Position numbers and translations under genes: made by a program
Source: Sphingorhabdus sp.
GTDB taxonomy: Bacteria; Pseudomonadota; Alphaproteobacteria; Sphingomonadales; Sphingomonadaceae
Direction of reading: 5' to 3'
Assembly (NCBI GenBank): GCA_036479555.1
Contig: JAZGFP010000002.1
Location: forward strand, 286,802 to 350,801
Length of the DNA: 64,000 nucleotides
Part shown: positions 26,880-37,856 of the stretch, piece by piece
How the letters are laid out: each line of letters begins with the position of its first letter
Position numbering within the stretch: the first letter of the stretch is position 1
The notes under the pieces: generated by a model
The model's database searches: none
Told to the model about the DNA's origin: nothing
What the model saw: only the letters and a program-made list of their open reading frames with translations

Positions 26880-27640
26880 GCGTCCGTATCCGCGTTGTCC
26901 CGTGCCTGGATGTAGCAAATGGCCGCGTGGTGAAGGGTGTTAATTTTGTCGATTTGCGCGATGCGGGAGATCCGGTCGAACAGGCGAGGGCCTATGATAC
27001 GGCGGGGGCCGACGAGCTGTGTTTGCTGGATATTACCGCCAGCCACGAGGCGCGCGATACCATTTTGGACGTGGTGCGTCGCACGGCGGCGGTTTGTTTT
27101 ATGCCGCTAACAGTCGGCGGCGGCGTGCGCGATGCCGATGATGCGCGCGCGCTATTGCTGGCGGGCGCCGACAAGGTGGCGGTAAACAGCGCTGCCGTTG
27201 CCCGTCCCGAAATCGTCGCCGACATTGCTGATCGTTTCGGCAGCCAATGCTGCGTTGCTTCGATAGATGCGCGCGCCCGCAAAGATGGTGGCGGCTGGGA
27301 GATATTCACCCATGGCGGACGTGAGGCTACGGGTATTGATGCGCTCGATCATGCGGCGAAGCTTGCCGAGTTGGGCGCGGGGGAATTGCTGATAACCAGC
27401 ATGGACCGTGATGGCACACGCGATGGCTATGATCTTGAGCTGACTCGGGCAATTGCCGATGCCGCGTCGATCCCGGTGGTGGCAAGCGGCGGCGTCGGAA
27501 ATTTGCAACATTTGGTGGCTGGGGTAAAAGAGGGCCATGCCAGCGCGGTGTTGGCGGCGTCGATCTTTCATTTTGGCGAGCATAGCATTGCAGAGGCGCA
27601 TGCGGCGCTAAGAGCAGCAGGATTGCCAGCGCGGAGGTAA
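26876..27640 (+). CDS. hisF: Imidazole glycerol phosphate synthase cyclase subunit
   Basis: [37 protein letters not shown]. Confidence 0.98.
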   Translation: MSVRIRVVPCLDVANGRVVKGVNFVDLRDAGDPVEQARAYDTAGADELCLLDITASHEARDTILDVVRRTAAVCFMPLTVGGGVRDADDARALLLAGADKVAVNSAAVARPEIVADIADRFGSQCCVASIDARARKDGGGWEIFTHGGREATGIDALDHAAKLAELGAGELLITSMDRDGTRDGYDLELTRAIADAASIPVVASGGVGNLQHLVAGVKEGHASAVLAASIFHFGEHSIAEAHAALRAAGLPARR

Positions 27641-27694
27641 CTAACCTCTTTGGGCAATGGCGCAATTTGGGTATTTGAGGGGGAGGACAAAATT

Positions 27695-28099
27695 ATGGCC
27701 GAAAGCAAAATGCGGATGATCTGGCGCTGTTTAATGGCGTTGTTCTACCTGCTCGCTGGCATTGCGCATTTGCGCGTTCCTGACGGTTTTCTAGCGATTA
27801 CGCCGGGCTGGGTGCCATACCCTGAAACCGTGATTATCGTTACCGGTATCGCCGAAATTGCCGGAGCCATCGCGTTGATGATACCCCGGCTGCGTTATGC
27901 AGCCGGATTGGGGTTGGCATTATACGCATTGTGCGTGTGGCCAGCCAATATCCATCATGCCTTTGCCAATGTCGCAGTCGACGGGCAGACTTTAAGCTGG
28001 TGGTATCACGCCCCGCGGCTTTTGTTGCAGCCGGTGATTATCTGGCTCGCGCTATGGGTTGGCGGAGTGACCAACTGGCCGTTTCGCCGCCGTGTGTGA
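27695..28099 (+). CDS. DoxX-like membrane protein
   Basis: AGIAH, TGIAEIAG, WPANI, RLLLQP; GGGAGG SD. Confidence 0.8.
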   Translation: MAESKMRMIWRCLMALFYLLAGIAHLRVPDGFLAITPGWVPYPETVIIVTGIAEIAGAIALMIPRLRYAAGLGLALYALCVWPANIHHAFANVAVDGQTLSWWYHAPRLLLQPVIIWLALWVGGVTNWPFRRRV

Positions 28100-28101
28100 T
28101 A

Positions 28102-28749
28102 TTACCAGCGAATGAGCTTCGGCACGATCAACCGTCCTGCAACCGCGCAGACGGCTACCGTGCAGCCATACCAGACACCGGTATAGACAAGGCTGTCATA
28201 GGGGCAGTGGAAATTATAGGCCAAGGTACCAAGCCCGCCCGATGCCACGCCGGTCAACCAGCCTGCGCGCTCGGGTGAGGTCGGTGCGCCCTTACGCAAT
28301 GTAACAACCATCGGGATGGCCGTCGCGGCGGCGGTGACCGCGCTGTAAAATAGGCAAGCAAGGCCAGAGCTAAGCGGCGCGTCGGTTAGTCCGGTATCAC
28401 CCGTCGCCAACGCAACGATCCCAGCAAGCGGGAACAAAATCGCGCCGACCAAGGCCATTTGCCAGCTGCTATGATGCTTGCCAACCGATGGGCTTGCCAT
28501 CGCAAGCACGCTGTATGCAGACGCAAAGCCAAGTAGCCCCAAAATGCCCGAGCGCAGCAGGAACAGGGCCTCTGGCTTGCCAGCAAGAAGATCCGCGCGA
28601 ACGCCAGTAATCGACACAATAATTGCCAAGGCAACCATCGTAATAATCGCCGCCGTCACGATAATATTTCTCGGACTAATCGGCTTGACGGGCTCAAGCT
28701 CGTCAACCAATGCCGCTATATCAAAGCTCCGCTGTGTCATCTTCATCAT
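28102..28749 (-). CDS. nrsF: NrsF/DUF1109 family anti-sigma factor
   Basis: Multi-TM; CLFY, LRKGAPT.P..AG, YNFHCP, WY; follows ECF sigma. Confidence 0.9.
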   Translation of the reverse strand: MMKMTQRSFDIAALVDELEPVKPISPRNIIVTAAIITMVALAIIVSITGVRADLLAGKPEALFLLRSGILGLLGFASAYSVLAMASPSVGKHHSSWQMALVGAILFPLAGIVALATGDTGLTDAPLSSGLACLFYSAVTAAATAIPMVVTLRKGAPTSPERAGWLTGVASGGLGTLAYNFHCPYDSLVYTGVWYGCTVAVCAVAGRLIVPKLIRW

Positions 28750-29270
28750 TCGCTTTCAATTAGAGCGGTCAGTTTTTTAAGACCGCGGTGTACGTTTACT
28801 TTGACCAGCGATTCAGACTGGCCGGTGCGCGCGCAGGTTTCTGCCACGCTATGCCCCTCGATTTTGGTTAGCCGGATAGCTTCGGCTTGATTTTCCGGAA
28901 GCTGGAATAGCAATCGGTCAATGCTAATTTTCGCGCCGACAACATCTTCGTGACCCTCTGTGGCAACGTCGAAATCAAGCGCGCTCGCTTGATGTTTGTA
29001 TGTCTGCCTAAGCCGGTCAACCCAGCGATAGCGCGCTATCGCGGCCAGCCATGGCAGAAAGGGGCGCGAGGGATCATAGCTCGAAAGCTTCCGGTGTACC
29101 GACATCAACGTATCCTGCACCAGATCATCAACCGCATCGGGCGCAATTTTATGCGCGTAAAAGCGCGAAAGCCACCTGCCAGCCTCTGTCAGCAGCGTTG
29201 AATAGGCGCTTTTGTCCCCCCGTTGGGCGAGGCGCATCAACTGGCGCAGGCTTTCCTCGTTCGATTTCAT
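28746..29270 (-). CDS. sigF: ECF sigma-70 factor (SigF/ECF16-like)
   Basis: GDKSAY, DDLVQD, YDPSRPFLPWL.AIARY, VKVNVHRGLK; cognate promoter upstream of operon. Confidence 0.9.
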   Translation of the reverse strand: MKSNEESLRQLMRLAQRGDKSAYSTLLTEAGRWLSRFYAHKIAPDAVDDLVQDTLMSVHRKLSSYDPSRPFLPWLAAIARYRWVDRLRQTYKHQASALDFDVATEGHEDVVGAKISIDRLLFQLPENQAEAIRLTKIEGHSVAETCARTGQSESLVKVNVHRGLKKLTALIESE

Positions 29271-29752
29271 CCAGCAGGCATTCCGGCAGCGGTTGTGCGC
29301 TTACCAGCCAGCAAACGATCGAGCGACAATGCTCCGCCGCCGCGCACGATCAAGACAAGCGCAAGTGCGACCCACAAAATATGCACCTGCCACCAGGCAT
29401 CGGGTATTACAAAGAACTGTATCACCAGCGTCATCACCAGCAAGGCTGTCGCTGAAAGCCGGGTGAACAATCCCAATATTAGCAGGATTGGAAAAAAATG
29501 TTCGGCATAGGTCGTAACATATGCGCCAAGATCGCCATTGAGGATTGGCACATTGTTGAACGGTTCATCGCTGAATTGGTAACGCGCATTTTCGCTGACC
29601 GAAAGCAAGCTTCCTTCTTCCACCTTTGCCCGGGCAGACCGCCAGAAAATACCGGCAAGCGCAACGCGCACAAAAAGGAGCGTAATCGCTTCACCGAAGC
29701 TTCCCGAAACAAATGCAACGGCCCTGTCATATAGTCCAACCAATTTCTTCAT
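29267..29752 (-). CDS. bufD: DoxX family protein (BufD-like)
   Basis: RVALAGIFWRS, EHFFPILLILGLFTR, HILW, RGGGALSLD. Confidence 0.88.
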   Translation of the reverse strand: MKKLVGLYDRAVAFVSGSFGEAITLLFVRVALAGIFWRSARAKVEEGSLLSVSENARYQFSDEPFNNVPILNGDLGAYVTTYAEHFFPILLILGLFTRLSATALLVMTLVIQFFVIPDAWWQVHILWVALALVLIVRGGGALSLDRLLAGKRTTAAGMPAG

Positions 29753-30507
29753 CTCTCGTCCCCTTGCTTTGACCCTTGTTGTGGCATCTGAATGAGTGCG
29801 CCGGCATTTATCACCGAAATGACGGGGGCCAGCGCATCGTTCTCCCCCCCCTGTTCGATAACAAGTTTCAGGAGGTTACCGATGGTCGCATTTTTTTCTG
29901 CATGCGTACAAATACTGGCCTCAAGTGCATTTGCCGGTGTTAGCAGCGGCTGCGTATCGGGGCGGGTGATAATCACCGCATCGGCGTCTGCATTGTCTTG
30001 CAATTCGGCGATAGCGGGCGATAGCGGCGCAGATAGCGTCAGGCAGCAGGTCGCCGGATGCAATGTCACCGGCAGATCAAGCAGCGCGCCTTCATCAAGC
30101 CCGGCAAGATCAGCCAGCTTGAGCGTTTCCGCTTCACCAGCATTGTAGCTCGTGAGCCAGAGCCATTCGATGCGCGCCAGATCAATGTTCGCTGCGGCGA
30201 TGCCTTCAGAAGCGAGATGACCTGGAAAATGCGCGCCGATGCCATTGCCATCGCTGGCACGCGCCGTCTGCGTGTCGCAAAAGCTCCGGCTCAGGCGGTT
30301 AAACTCAGCTTCACCGATGGTCTGGCGGCAGCGCGGAAAAGTATCTTCCAATGCCACCAGGCGGGCATGGCTTATGGTGTTGGCATGCGCCTTTAGGCCC
30401 AGGATCGCACGGTCAGGGCTACCGGCAAACAGAGCTGGGTCAAGCGCATCTGGGCCATCATTGATGGTAGCGATAAAGTTTGCCTGCGCCTCAACCAGTG
30501 AGGGCAT
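29749..30507 (-). CDS. bufC: DUF2063 partner protein (BufC/HvfC-like RRE protein)
   Basis: AHANTI...LVALEDTFP, GEAEF, LARIEW...SYNA; follows DUF692. Confidence 0.85.
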   Translation of the reverse strand: MPSLVEAQANFIATINDGPDALDPALFAGSPDRAILGLKAHANTISHARLVALEDTFPRCRQTIGEAEFNRLSRSFCDTQTARASDGNGIGAHFPGHLASEGIAAANIDLARIEWLWLTSYNAGEAETLKLADLAGLDEGALLDLPVTLHPATCCLTLSAPLSPAIAELQDNADADAVIITRPDTQPLLTPANALEASICTHAEKNATIGNLLKLVIEQGGENDALAPVISVINAGALIQMPQQGSKQGDER

Positions 30508-31405
30508 GGTGCTTTTCCTGCGGTACCGATTGGGCGTCCAGAACGGCCTGCGCTTTGGCGGCTTCGGCCATCAAGACATCATAGGCGGGGATATCGGTAT
30601 CCCATTCGATAAGCACGGGAAATACCCCGGCACGCGCGATGAAGCGTTCAAACAATTTCCAGGTGATCTCGCTGACGATGCTGCCATGATCGTCGATGCG
30701 TAACGGCCCGCTATCATGTTTTTCGACCGAGTGGCCGGCGAGGTGGATTTCGCCGACCCAGGCGGGGTCAACGGCGTCGATATAGTCTTCGGCGCAAAGC
30801 CCCAGATTGCTGCTGGAAACCTCCACATTGTTGATGTCGAAAATAATGCCGCAACCCGACTTGCCGACGAGACGCGCGATAAATTCAACCTCATCCATTT
30901 CGTCGTCTGCAAAGGCCAGATAGCGCGACGGATTCTCGATCAGCATCTTTCGTTTCAAGCGTGATTGCACGCGGTCGATCTGCCGTGCGAAATGATCGAG
31001 CGCTTCATTTGTGTATGGGATCGGAAGTAAATCGGCAAAGCGGTCATGCGCGTTGCCCGAAAAACTCAAATGATCGGAAACCATCGCCGGATCATAGCGC
31101 TCGCAAAGCGCAGCGAGCTTTTCAAGATCGCCCTCATTCAGGCCGTCTGCACTTCCCAGTGACAGGCCGACTGAATGAAAACTGACAGGATAAGTTTCGG
31201 CGATGGCGGTCAGCCAGCGATGTGGCGGGCCACCATCACCGAAATAATTTTGCGGGTGCACCTCGAGCCATGCCGGGCTTTGGGAAGGTATGGCACGGCT
31301 TTCCTGGACAGTGCTGTAATGCTCCGGTTTCAGACCGATGCCAGTGGCGGGAGGTAAGTTGCCAAAGGCGCTATCGCTCGTCAGAGAATTAACAGCATGG
31401 TGCAT
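30491..31405 (-). CDS. bufB: DUF692 multinuclear non-heme iron oxidative enzyme (MNIO, BufB-like)
   Basis: GIGLKPEHY, WLEVHPQNY, FHSVGLSLG, SDHLSF, IENPS, FDINN, EIHLAGH, IDDHG, IEWD. Confidence 0.95.
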   Translation of the reverse strand: MHHAVNSLTSDSAFGNLPPATGIGLKPEHYSTVQESRAIPSQSPAWLEVHPQNYFGDGGPPHRWLTAIAETYPVSFHSVGLSLGSADGLNEGDLEKLAALCERYDPAMVSDHLSFSGNAHDRFADLLPIPYTNEALDHFARQIDRVQSRLKRKMLIENPSRYLAFADDEMDEVEFIARLVGKSGCGIIFDINNVEVSSSNLGLCAEDYIDAVDPAWVGEIHLAGHSVEKHDSGPLRIDDHGSIVSEITWKLFERFIARAGVFPVLIEWDTDIPAYDVLMAEAAKAQAVLDAQSVPQEKHHALTG

Positions 31406-31424
31406 TTACGCAAAACTACAGCAG

Positions 31425-31712
31425 TTAGCCTTTCTTGGGAACAGGCTTATGATTGCCCTTTTTCGCGCTCAGCGATCCGCCCATTTTCGCGCACTTGCCT
31501 TTGCCCACATATTTCCAGGCATTACCCTGATAGTTGACAGTCGATGAGCCCGAACAGCTTGTGCCCGGCCCAGCAGCACAATCATTCTTGCCTTTCAGCG
31601 AAACGCCGTAGCATTTTTCTTTGCTGGCGGCGGCGGCAGGGCTAACGGCGATGCCAGCAGCAGCGGTAAGAGCGGCGGCGGCAGCGGCGACTTTGATTAG
31701 GTTATGGGACAT
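31425..31712 (-). CDS. bufA: DUF2282 bufferin-type RiPP precursor (BufA1-like)
   Basis: Signal peptide; [25 protein letters not shown]...AWKYV.KGKC; AGGA SD before ATG 31712. Confidence 0.92.
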   Translation of the reverse strand: MSHNLIKVAAAAAALTAAAGIAVSPAAAASKEKCYGVSLKGKNDCAAGPGTSCSGSSTVNYQGNAWKYVGKGKCAKMGGSLSAKKGNHKPVPKKG

Positions 31713-31784
31713 GATTTTCCTCATTGGGTTCTGGGGTTGTATTGACCTGTGAAGCGGGCAGCTTCGCCTGCTCACAATGCCCTG

Positions 31785-31810
31785 TTCGCCGCGACCCCCA
31801 AGATGGTTAC
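31785..31810 (-). promoter_or_regulatory. SigF (ECF16)-type promoter GTAACC-N16-CGAA for the buf operon
   Basis: Minus strand reads GTAACC atcttgggggtcgcgg CGAAC; matches the Caulobacter sigma-F consensus as recalled. Confidence 0.85.
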
Positions 31811-31842
31811 GCGGTCTGGCTCAAAAAAATCGCGGCCGAAAG

Positions 31843-31870
31843 CTTGACCCTATGTCAAATAAGCCCATAT
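31843..31870 (+). promoter_or_regulatory. Sigma32 (RpoH)-like promoter of groESL
   Basis: CTTGAC-N15-CCCATAT immediately upstream of CIRCE. Confidence 0.7.
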
Positions 31871-31878
31871 GGGCGCCG

Positions 31879-31905
31879 TTAGCACTCGCATTTGATGAGT
31901 GCCAA
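31879..31905. promoter_or_regulatory. CIRCE element (HrcA operator)
   Basis: TTAGCACTC-N9-GAGTGCCAA, one mismatch to consensus. Confidence 0.93.
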
Positions 31906-31975
31906 TAAGAGATTCGTGACGCGCGCTATTGCGCAATCGAAACCCAAATATTCTTGAGAAGAAGGAAAGCAAGGT

Positions 31976-32263
31976 ATGAAATTTCGTCCATTGCATGACC
32001 GCGTTCTCGTCCGCCGCGTAGAGGCTGATGAGAAAACCGCTGGCGGCATCATTATTCCCGATAGTGCACAGGAAAAGCCGCAAGAAGGCGAAGTCGTCGC
32101 TGCAGGCGCTGGTGCCAAGGCCGAAGATGGCAAGGTAACACCGCTCGATGTAAAGGCTGGCGACAAAATCCTGTTCGGCAAATGGTCGGGCAGCGAAGTC
32201 ACCGTAGACGGCGAAGAACTGCTCATCATGCAGGAAAAAGATATCCTCGGCATCGTCGAGTAA
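31976..32263 (+). CDS. groES: Co-chaperonin GroES
   Basis: [25 protein letters not shown]-like QEKPQEG. Confidence 0.99.
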   Translation: MKFRPLHDRVLVRRVEADEKTAGGIIIPDSAQEKPQEGEVVAAGAGAKAEDGKVTPLDVKAGDKILFGKWSGSEVTVDGEELLIMQEKDILGIVE

Positions 32264-32303
32264 TCAGCGCCTCATCTAATTGAATTCAAATATAAAGGAA
32301 TAA

Positions 32304-33959
<1,656 letters not shown>

Positions 33960-33990
33960 GCCAGCCAACCATTCGTTTGAAAAAAACGTA

Positions 33991-34024
33991 AAAAGGGCCG
34001 GAGGGGAAACCTTCCGGCCTTTTT
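33991..34024. terminator. Intrinsic (probably bidirectional) terminator after groEL
   Basis: AAAAGGGCCGGAGG-GGAAA-CCTTCCGGCCTTTTT. Confidence 0.85.
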
Positions 34025-34069
34025 CTTTCGGCTCAATCGCTTTATGATGCGGCGCGTGGGGAGGCGGCC

Positions 34070-34515
34070 ATGTTTGACCGAAGATTGTTTTTGAGCGGCG
34101 CGGCTGTTTTGGGCGGCGGGATGCTGAGTGGCTGTGACATCTCTTTTGGCGAAGGTAACCGGCAGGGCCAAGGGCCGCGTGAAATACCGCATGCCCGACG
34201 AGAGCGCCCCGCATCTGCGCACATTCATGCAATGGCCTTCGAGCAGGGTCGTTTACACCCATGAAGGCGATCTGGAAGCGATGCAGGAAAGCATTGCCCT
34301 CATCGCCCGGACGATAGCGCAGTTCGAGCCGGTGGTTATGCTGGGCAGGGCGGAGCATGCAAGGCAAATCGATGAATGGGCCGGCGGTAACGCTGAGCAT
34401 TGGGAGATGCCTACCGAGGACCTATGGTGCCGAGATGCTCAACGTCGATCCTATCGGCGAGGCGGGCGGCGGCATCCACTGCGCCACCCAGCAACAGCCG
34501 AAAAACCTGTTATAG
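34070..34515 (+). pseudogene. aguA: Agmatine/peptidyl-arginine deiminase pseudogene (Tat-type leader; frameshift plus large internal deletion)
   Basis: DRRLFL leader in one frame; YRMPDESAPHLRTFMQWP...DLWCRD in a second; jumps at GATG (34434-34437) to MLNVDPIGEAGGGIHCATQQQP in a third. Confidence 0.85.
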
Positions 34516-34563
34516 CACCGTTTATGTTTTAGATGCTGATAGCAAGATTGAGGTTAAGCAATA

Positions 34564-35124
34564 GTGATTGATCGATTGAAAGTAATAGCGGCCGTCTGCG
34601 GATTGATGATCGCGGTGTATATCGCCGATCTATTGTCGGGCGGATATCTCAAATCATTCGGGATCCATCCACGCGAGATAGGCAGCATATATACCATTTT
34701 CACCTCGCCCTGGCTCCATGGGGACATATTCCATCTGGCAAACAACTTGTTCGGCCTGGCCATTTTCGGCGCGCTATGCCTGATGAAAGGCGTGCGATAT
34801 TTCTTCAGCGCCAGCGTGCTGATTATATTGCTGACGGGTATTCTGGTCTGGTTGTTTGCACGCGATGCCAACCATATCGGCGCCAGTGGCTGGATATTTG
34901 GATTGTGGAGTCTAACCATTGCGCTGGCATGGTTTGAGCGGAGTTTTCAGAGCATCGCGATCGGTATTGCCGTTATTTTCTTTTATAGCGGCATGGCGTT
35001 TGGCGTGCTTCCGACGAACTCCGCCATATCGTTTGAAGGGCATCTTTTTGGTGCGCTATCCGGTATCTTGGTCGCTGCTCTGCTGGAGAAGAACGAGAAG
35101 TTTGCGCGTTGGGCTGGTTCCTAG
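34564..35124 (+). CDS. Rhomboid family intramembrane serine protease
   Basis: WLHGDIFHLANN, IGASGWIFG, SFEGHLFGA. Confidence 0.92.
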   Translation: MIDRLKVIAAVCGLMIAVYIADLLSGGYLKSFGIHPREIGSIYTIFTSPWLHGDIFHLANNLFGLAIFGALCLMKGVRYFFSASVLIILLTGILVWLFARDANHIGASGWIFGLWSLTIALAWFERSFQSIAIGIAVIFFYSGMAFGVLPTNSAISFEGHLFGALSGILVAALLEKNEKFARWAGS

Positions 35125-35138
35125 GCTCCCCCAGTGGT

Positions 35139-36590
35139 TTAGCTGGCAGTAGCAACCCAATTGCCGTGGAAGCCGGTGGGCACGCGGTGGGGTAGGGTGA
35201 TGATGGCTTGCGGCGTGCCTTCAAAATCTTGGGCGTCCAGAATGACGAGATCGGTTGTGTCATTGTTAGAATTGATGACCAGGCCCATCATCCAGCCGCT
35301 ATCTTCGTTGGCGCCTTCCGCTTCTGCTCCGGCTTTGGGAACGAACACAAATTCGCCGGGTATCCGGCCCTCGCCGAAATCATGCACCTGCTTTTTGCCT
35401 GTTTCCAGATCATGCTTGAAAAGCCGCGTCTGGCGGGGTGATGCTTCGAAGCCGTCGCGCAAGGCGATCGTATAGGCATAGCGATAGGGCTTGCCGGTAT
35501 AGGCTTCGTTGGGGCGCGGGAATTCCTGACTGTCGCTGTCGATTACCTTGCGCGCAACTTTGCGCTGCGCGGGATCAATCGTCCAGCGTTCAAACGGGAC
35601 GCTCGTTGATTCAGGGCCTTGCAGGCTGGTTTCAAACATATTGTTGTGGACGCAGGCATCAAATGTGATCGTACCATCGGCATTCTCATACGCATTGCAC
35701 GGGTGGAAAACGTAGCAAGGCTCGATATCGCACCAGACGATGTCTTCTTGTGTTCCTTCTTTCGGCAACAGGCCGACGCGCGCCTTGTGATCTGCATTCC
35801 ATCTATAGGGGAATTTATGCCCGGCGAGCAGCGTCTTCATCGAGAAGGTGACCGGCAGATCGAGGATGATGACGTAGTTTTTGGTAATCATGCAATCATG
35901 GATCGACGGACCGTCTTGCACCGCTATAGCCTCTTCACGGCGGACTTTGCCATCGGTGCCGAGCACAACATGGCGGATGGTGTTGGCATCGGTTGCCTCA
36001 TAACAGATGGCGTGCATTTCGCCGGTATCGGTATCAAGGTGGGGATGCGCGCTGAAGCTTTGTTTGAGCGTGCCGCCAAAGGGATCATGCGCGATGGTGT
36101 TTAGTTCCTCGTCGATACGCACCGGATAGCCGCCCGCCTCTACAATGGCCCAGGTTGCTCCGGCAAAGCCAAGGATGCTGGTGTTTACCGTGTCGCTATC
36201 GCCATTGCGCGGGCCTGGGGCTGCGTCAATTCCCATCGCCCTTGTCACTGGCGTGCTGCGTATCCAGCGGTTGCGATACCACAGCGCTTTGCCGTCTTTC
36301 AAACGCACACCGTGCACCATGCCGTCGCCAATGAACCAATGGTAGGCCGCTTCAACGGGCGGGACGATCGGGTTGGGGCCGATGCGCAGATAACGCCCGT
36401 CAAGCTCTGCGGGGATCGAACCGGTCACGCTAAGGTCGGTCAGCGTCAGTTCTTTGTTCACCGGCGCATGAATGCCATGCAGATAAGGATTTTGCTCATC
36501 AGATTTCAAGCGGGCTGCGTTATGCTCGGCGACCTTTGTGACGCCTTTGGTCACAGCCTTGCGGATGAGGGTTTCTACTTTGCTGGGCAT
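35139..36590 (-). CDS. Carotenoid/stilbene cleavage oxygenase family protein
   Basis: IPAELDGRYLRIGPNP, GDGMVHG, four Fe-ligand His motifs (AHPH, IHDC, FHPC, FHGNW), EFPR, GEFVFVP. Confidence 0.95.
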   Translation of the reverse strand: MPSKVETLIRKAVTKGVTKVAEHNAARLKSDEQNPYLHGIHAPVNKELTLTDLSVTGSIPAELDGRYLRIGPNPIVPPVEAAYHWFIGDGMVHGVRLKDGKALWYRNRWIRSTPVTRAMGIDAAPGPRNGDSDTVNTSILGFAGATWAIVEAGGYPVRIDEELNTIAHDPFGGTLKQSFSAHPHLDTDTGEMHAICYEATDANTIRHVVLGTDGKVRREEAIAVQDGPSIHDCMITKNYVIILDLPVTFSMKTLLAGHKFPYRWNADHKARVGLLPKEGTQEDIVWCDIEPCYVFHPCNAYENADGTITFDACVHNNMFETSLQGPESTSVPFERWTIDPAQRKVARKVIDSDSQEFPRPNEAYTGKPYRYAYTIALRDGFEASPRQTRLFKHDLETGKKQVHDFGEGRIPGEFVFVPKAGAEAEGANEDSGWMMGLVINSNNDTTDLVILDAQDFEGTPQAIITLPHRVPTGFHGNWVATAS

Positions 36591-36625
36591 GGGAAACGTC
36601 CTTTTGCTTGAAAACCGACTCGGCG

Positions 36626-36671
36626 ATGTTTACGGTGTTAATATGAGCAGCAAAGATAACAGTGTCAACAT
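36626..36671. promoter_or_regulatory. Tandem TetR-type operator-like palindromes
   Basis: ATGTTTAC-GGT-GTTAATAT (36626-36644) and AAGATAAC-AGT-GTCAACAT (36653-36671). Confidence 0.6.
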
Positions 36672-37254
36672 CAAACAAAAGGCGCGCCAATATCACCATG
36701 GTGATTTGAGCGCCGCGCTCGTCAAAGCGGGCCTGGAACTGCTCAAAAACCGGGCGGCGGATGATCTTTCGCTGCGCGAGGTTGCGCGTCATGTCGGCGT
36801 AAGCGCAACGGCGGTTTATCGCCATTTCCCTGACAAGCAGGCGCTGCTCTACGCGATGTGCCGCAAGGGGGCGGAAGAGCTGGCCCGCGTGCAGACGGCA
36901 GCGACGAAAGAGGCGGGCGGGGGTAAACCGGGGTTTCGGGCATCGGGCCGGGCCTATATCTATTTCGCGCTCGGCAACCCGGCGCTTTACCGGTTGATGA
37001 TGGCAACCAAGCCGCCGCAAGGAGGATATGAGACAGGCGGCGCTGCGGTGCAAGGCGCGATGCAATTGCTGAACGAGAATGTGGCAGACATCCTGTCCAA
37101 ACAGGCTGGTTCGCTAGACCACAGGGTTGCAACGCTTCACAGTTGGGCATTGGTGCACGGTGTTTCGATGCTTATTCTGGACGGGCTTGTTGCACCAGAC
37201 GGAGAGGTCATTGATGCGCTGCTGAATATTCCGACAAAGCCGAATGTGTACTAA
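36643..37254 (+). CDS. TetR/AcrR family regulator (WHG-like C-terminal domain)
   Basis: YHHGDL, LSLREVARHVGVSATAVYRHFPDK, WALVHG; divergent from the oxygenase. Confidence 0.93.
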   Translation: MSSKDNSVNIKQKARQYHHGDLSAALVKAGLELLKNRAADDLSLREVARHVGVSATAVYRHFPDKQALLYAMCRKGAEELARVQTAATKEAGGGKPGFRASGRAYIYFALGNPALYRLMMATKPPQGGYETGGAAVQGAMQLLNENVADILSKQAGSLDHRVATLHSWALVHGVSMLILDGLVAPDGEVIDALLNIPTKPNVY

Positions 37255-37292
37255 CCGCTAGCGGCAATGTTAGCAGATAGGCGCAGTTGCCT

Positions 37293-37787
37293 TCATTCGC
37301 TGCAATTGCCAATCTCAGCATCCTTGTCGCCCTTGGCCACATAAAATTCGCGGACCAGTTTGCAGGGAATGCTGTCATTCGGGGCGACGATCTCGACGTA
37401 GCTATCACCCGATTTGCGGAAGAAATTGGCGGCCTTGTCATTGACACCATTGATGGTGAAATTGACGATCACCATGGCATGGTCGCCTGCCACTTTCTCG
37501 CCGTGGATATTTGATTTCAGCGTGGCATTCTTCATATTCTGCTGAAAGCGCTCTTCGCCCAGCCGTTCGACCGCTATCGTCATTTGCGCGGTGTAGCTTT
37601 CGGGATCGTCGGTCAGCTTGGCCGCAGCGGTGATATCACCCTCGCCTGCAAGTTTCCGGATATTGACATAAACGTTGGTGGCACTTTCAGTTTCCACTGC
37701 ATCGGCATCCGGTTTGGCCTGTTCAGCTGGGCTGCAGGCGGCGAGCGCGAGCAATGAAACGGTGAATGCAATGATGCGAGCGCGCAT
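37293..37787 (-). CDS. Hypothetical lipoprotein
   Basis: LAAC lipobox; GGGGA SD. Confidence 0.75.
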   Translation of the reverse strand: MRARIIAFTVSLLALAACSPAEQAKPDADAVETESATNVYVNIRKLAGEGDITAAAKLTDDPESYTAQMTIAVERLGEERFQQNMKNATLKSNIHGEKVAGDHAMVIVNFTINGVNDKAANFFRKSGDSYVEIVAPNDSIPCKLVREFYVAKGDKDAEIGNCSE

Positions 37788-37856
37788 GGAAAGTCCCCTA
37801 TATTGTCCTCAATATCAAAGGCTGTCTAGCCGTTCAGCGCGCGCAAATCCACGCGG

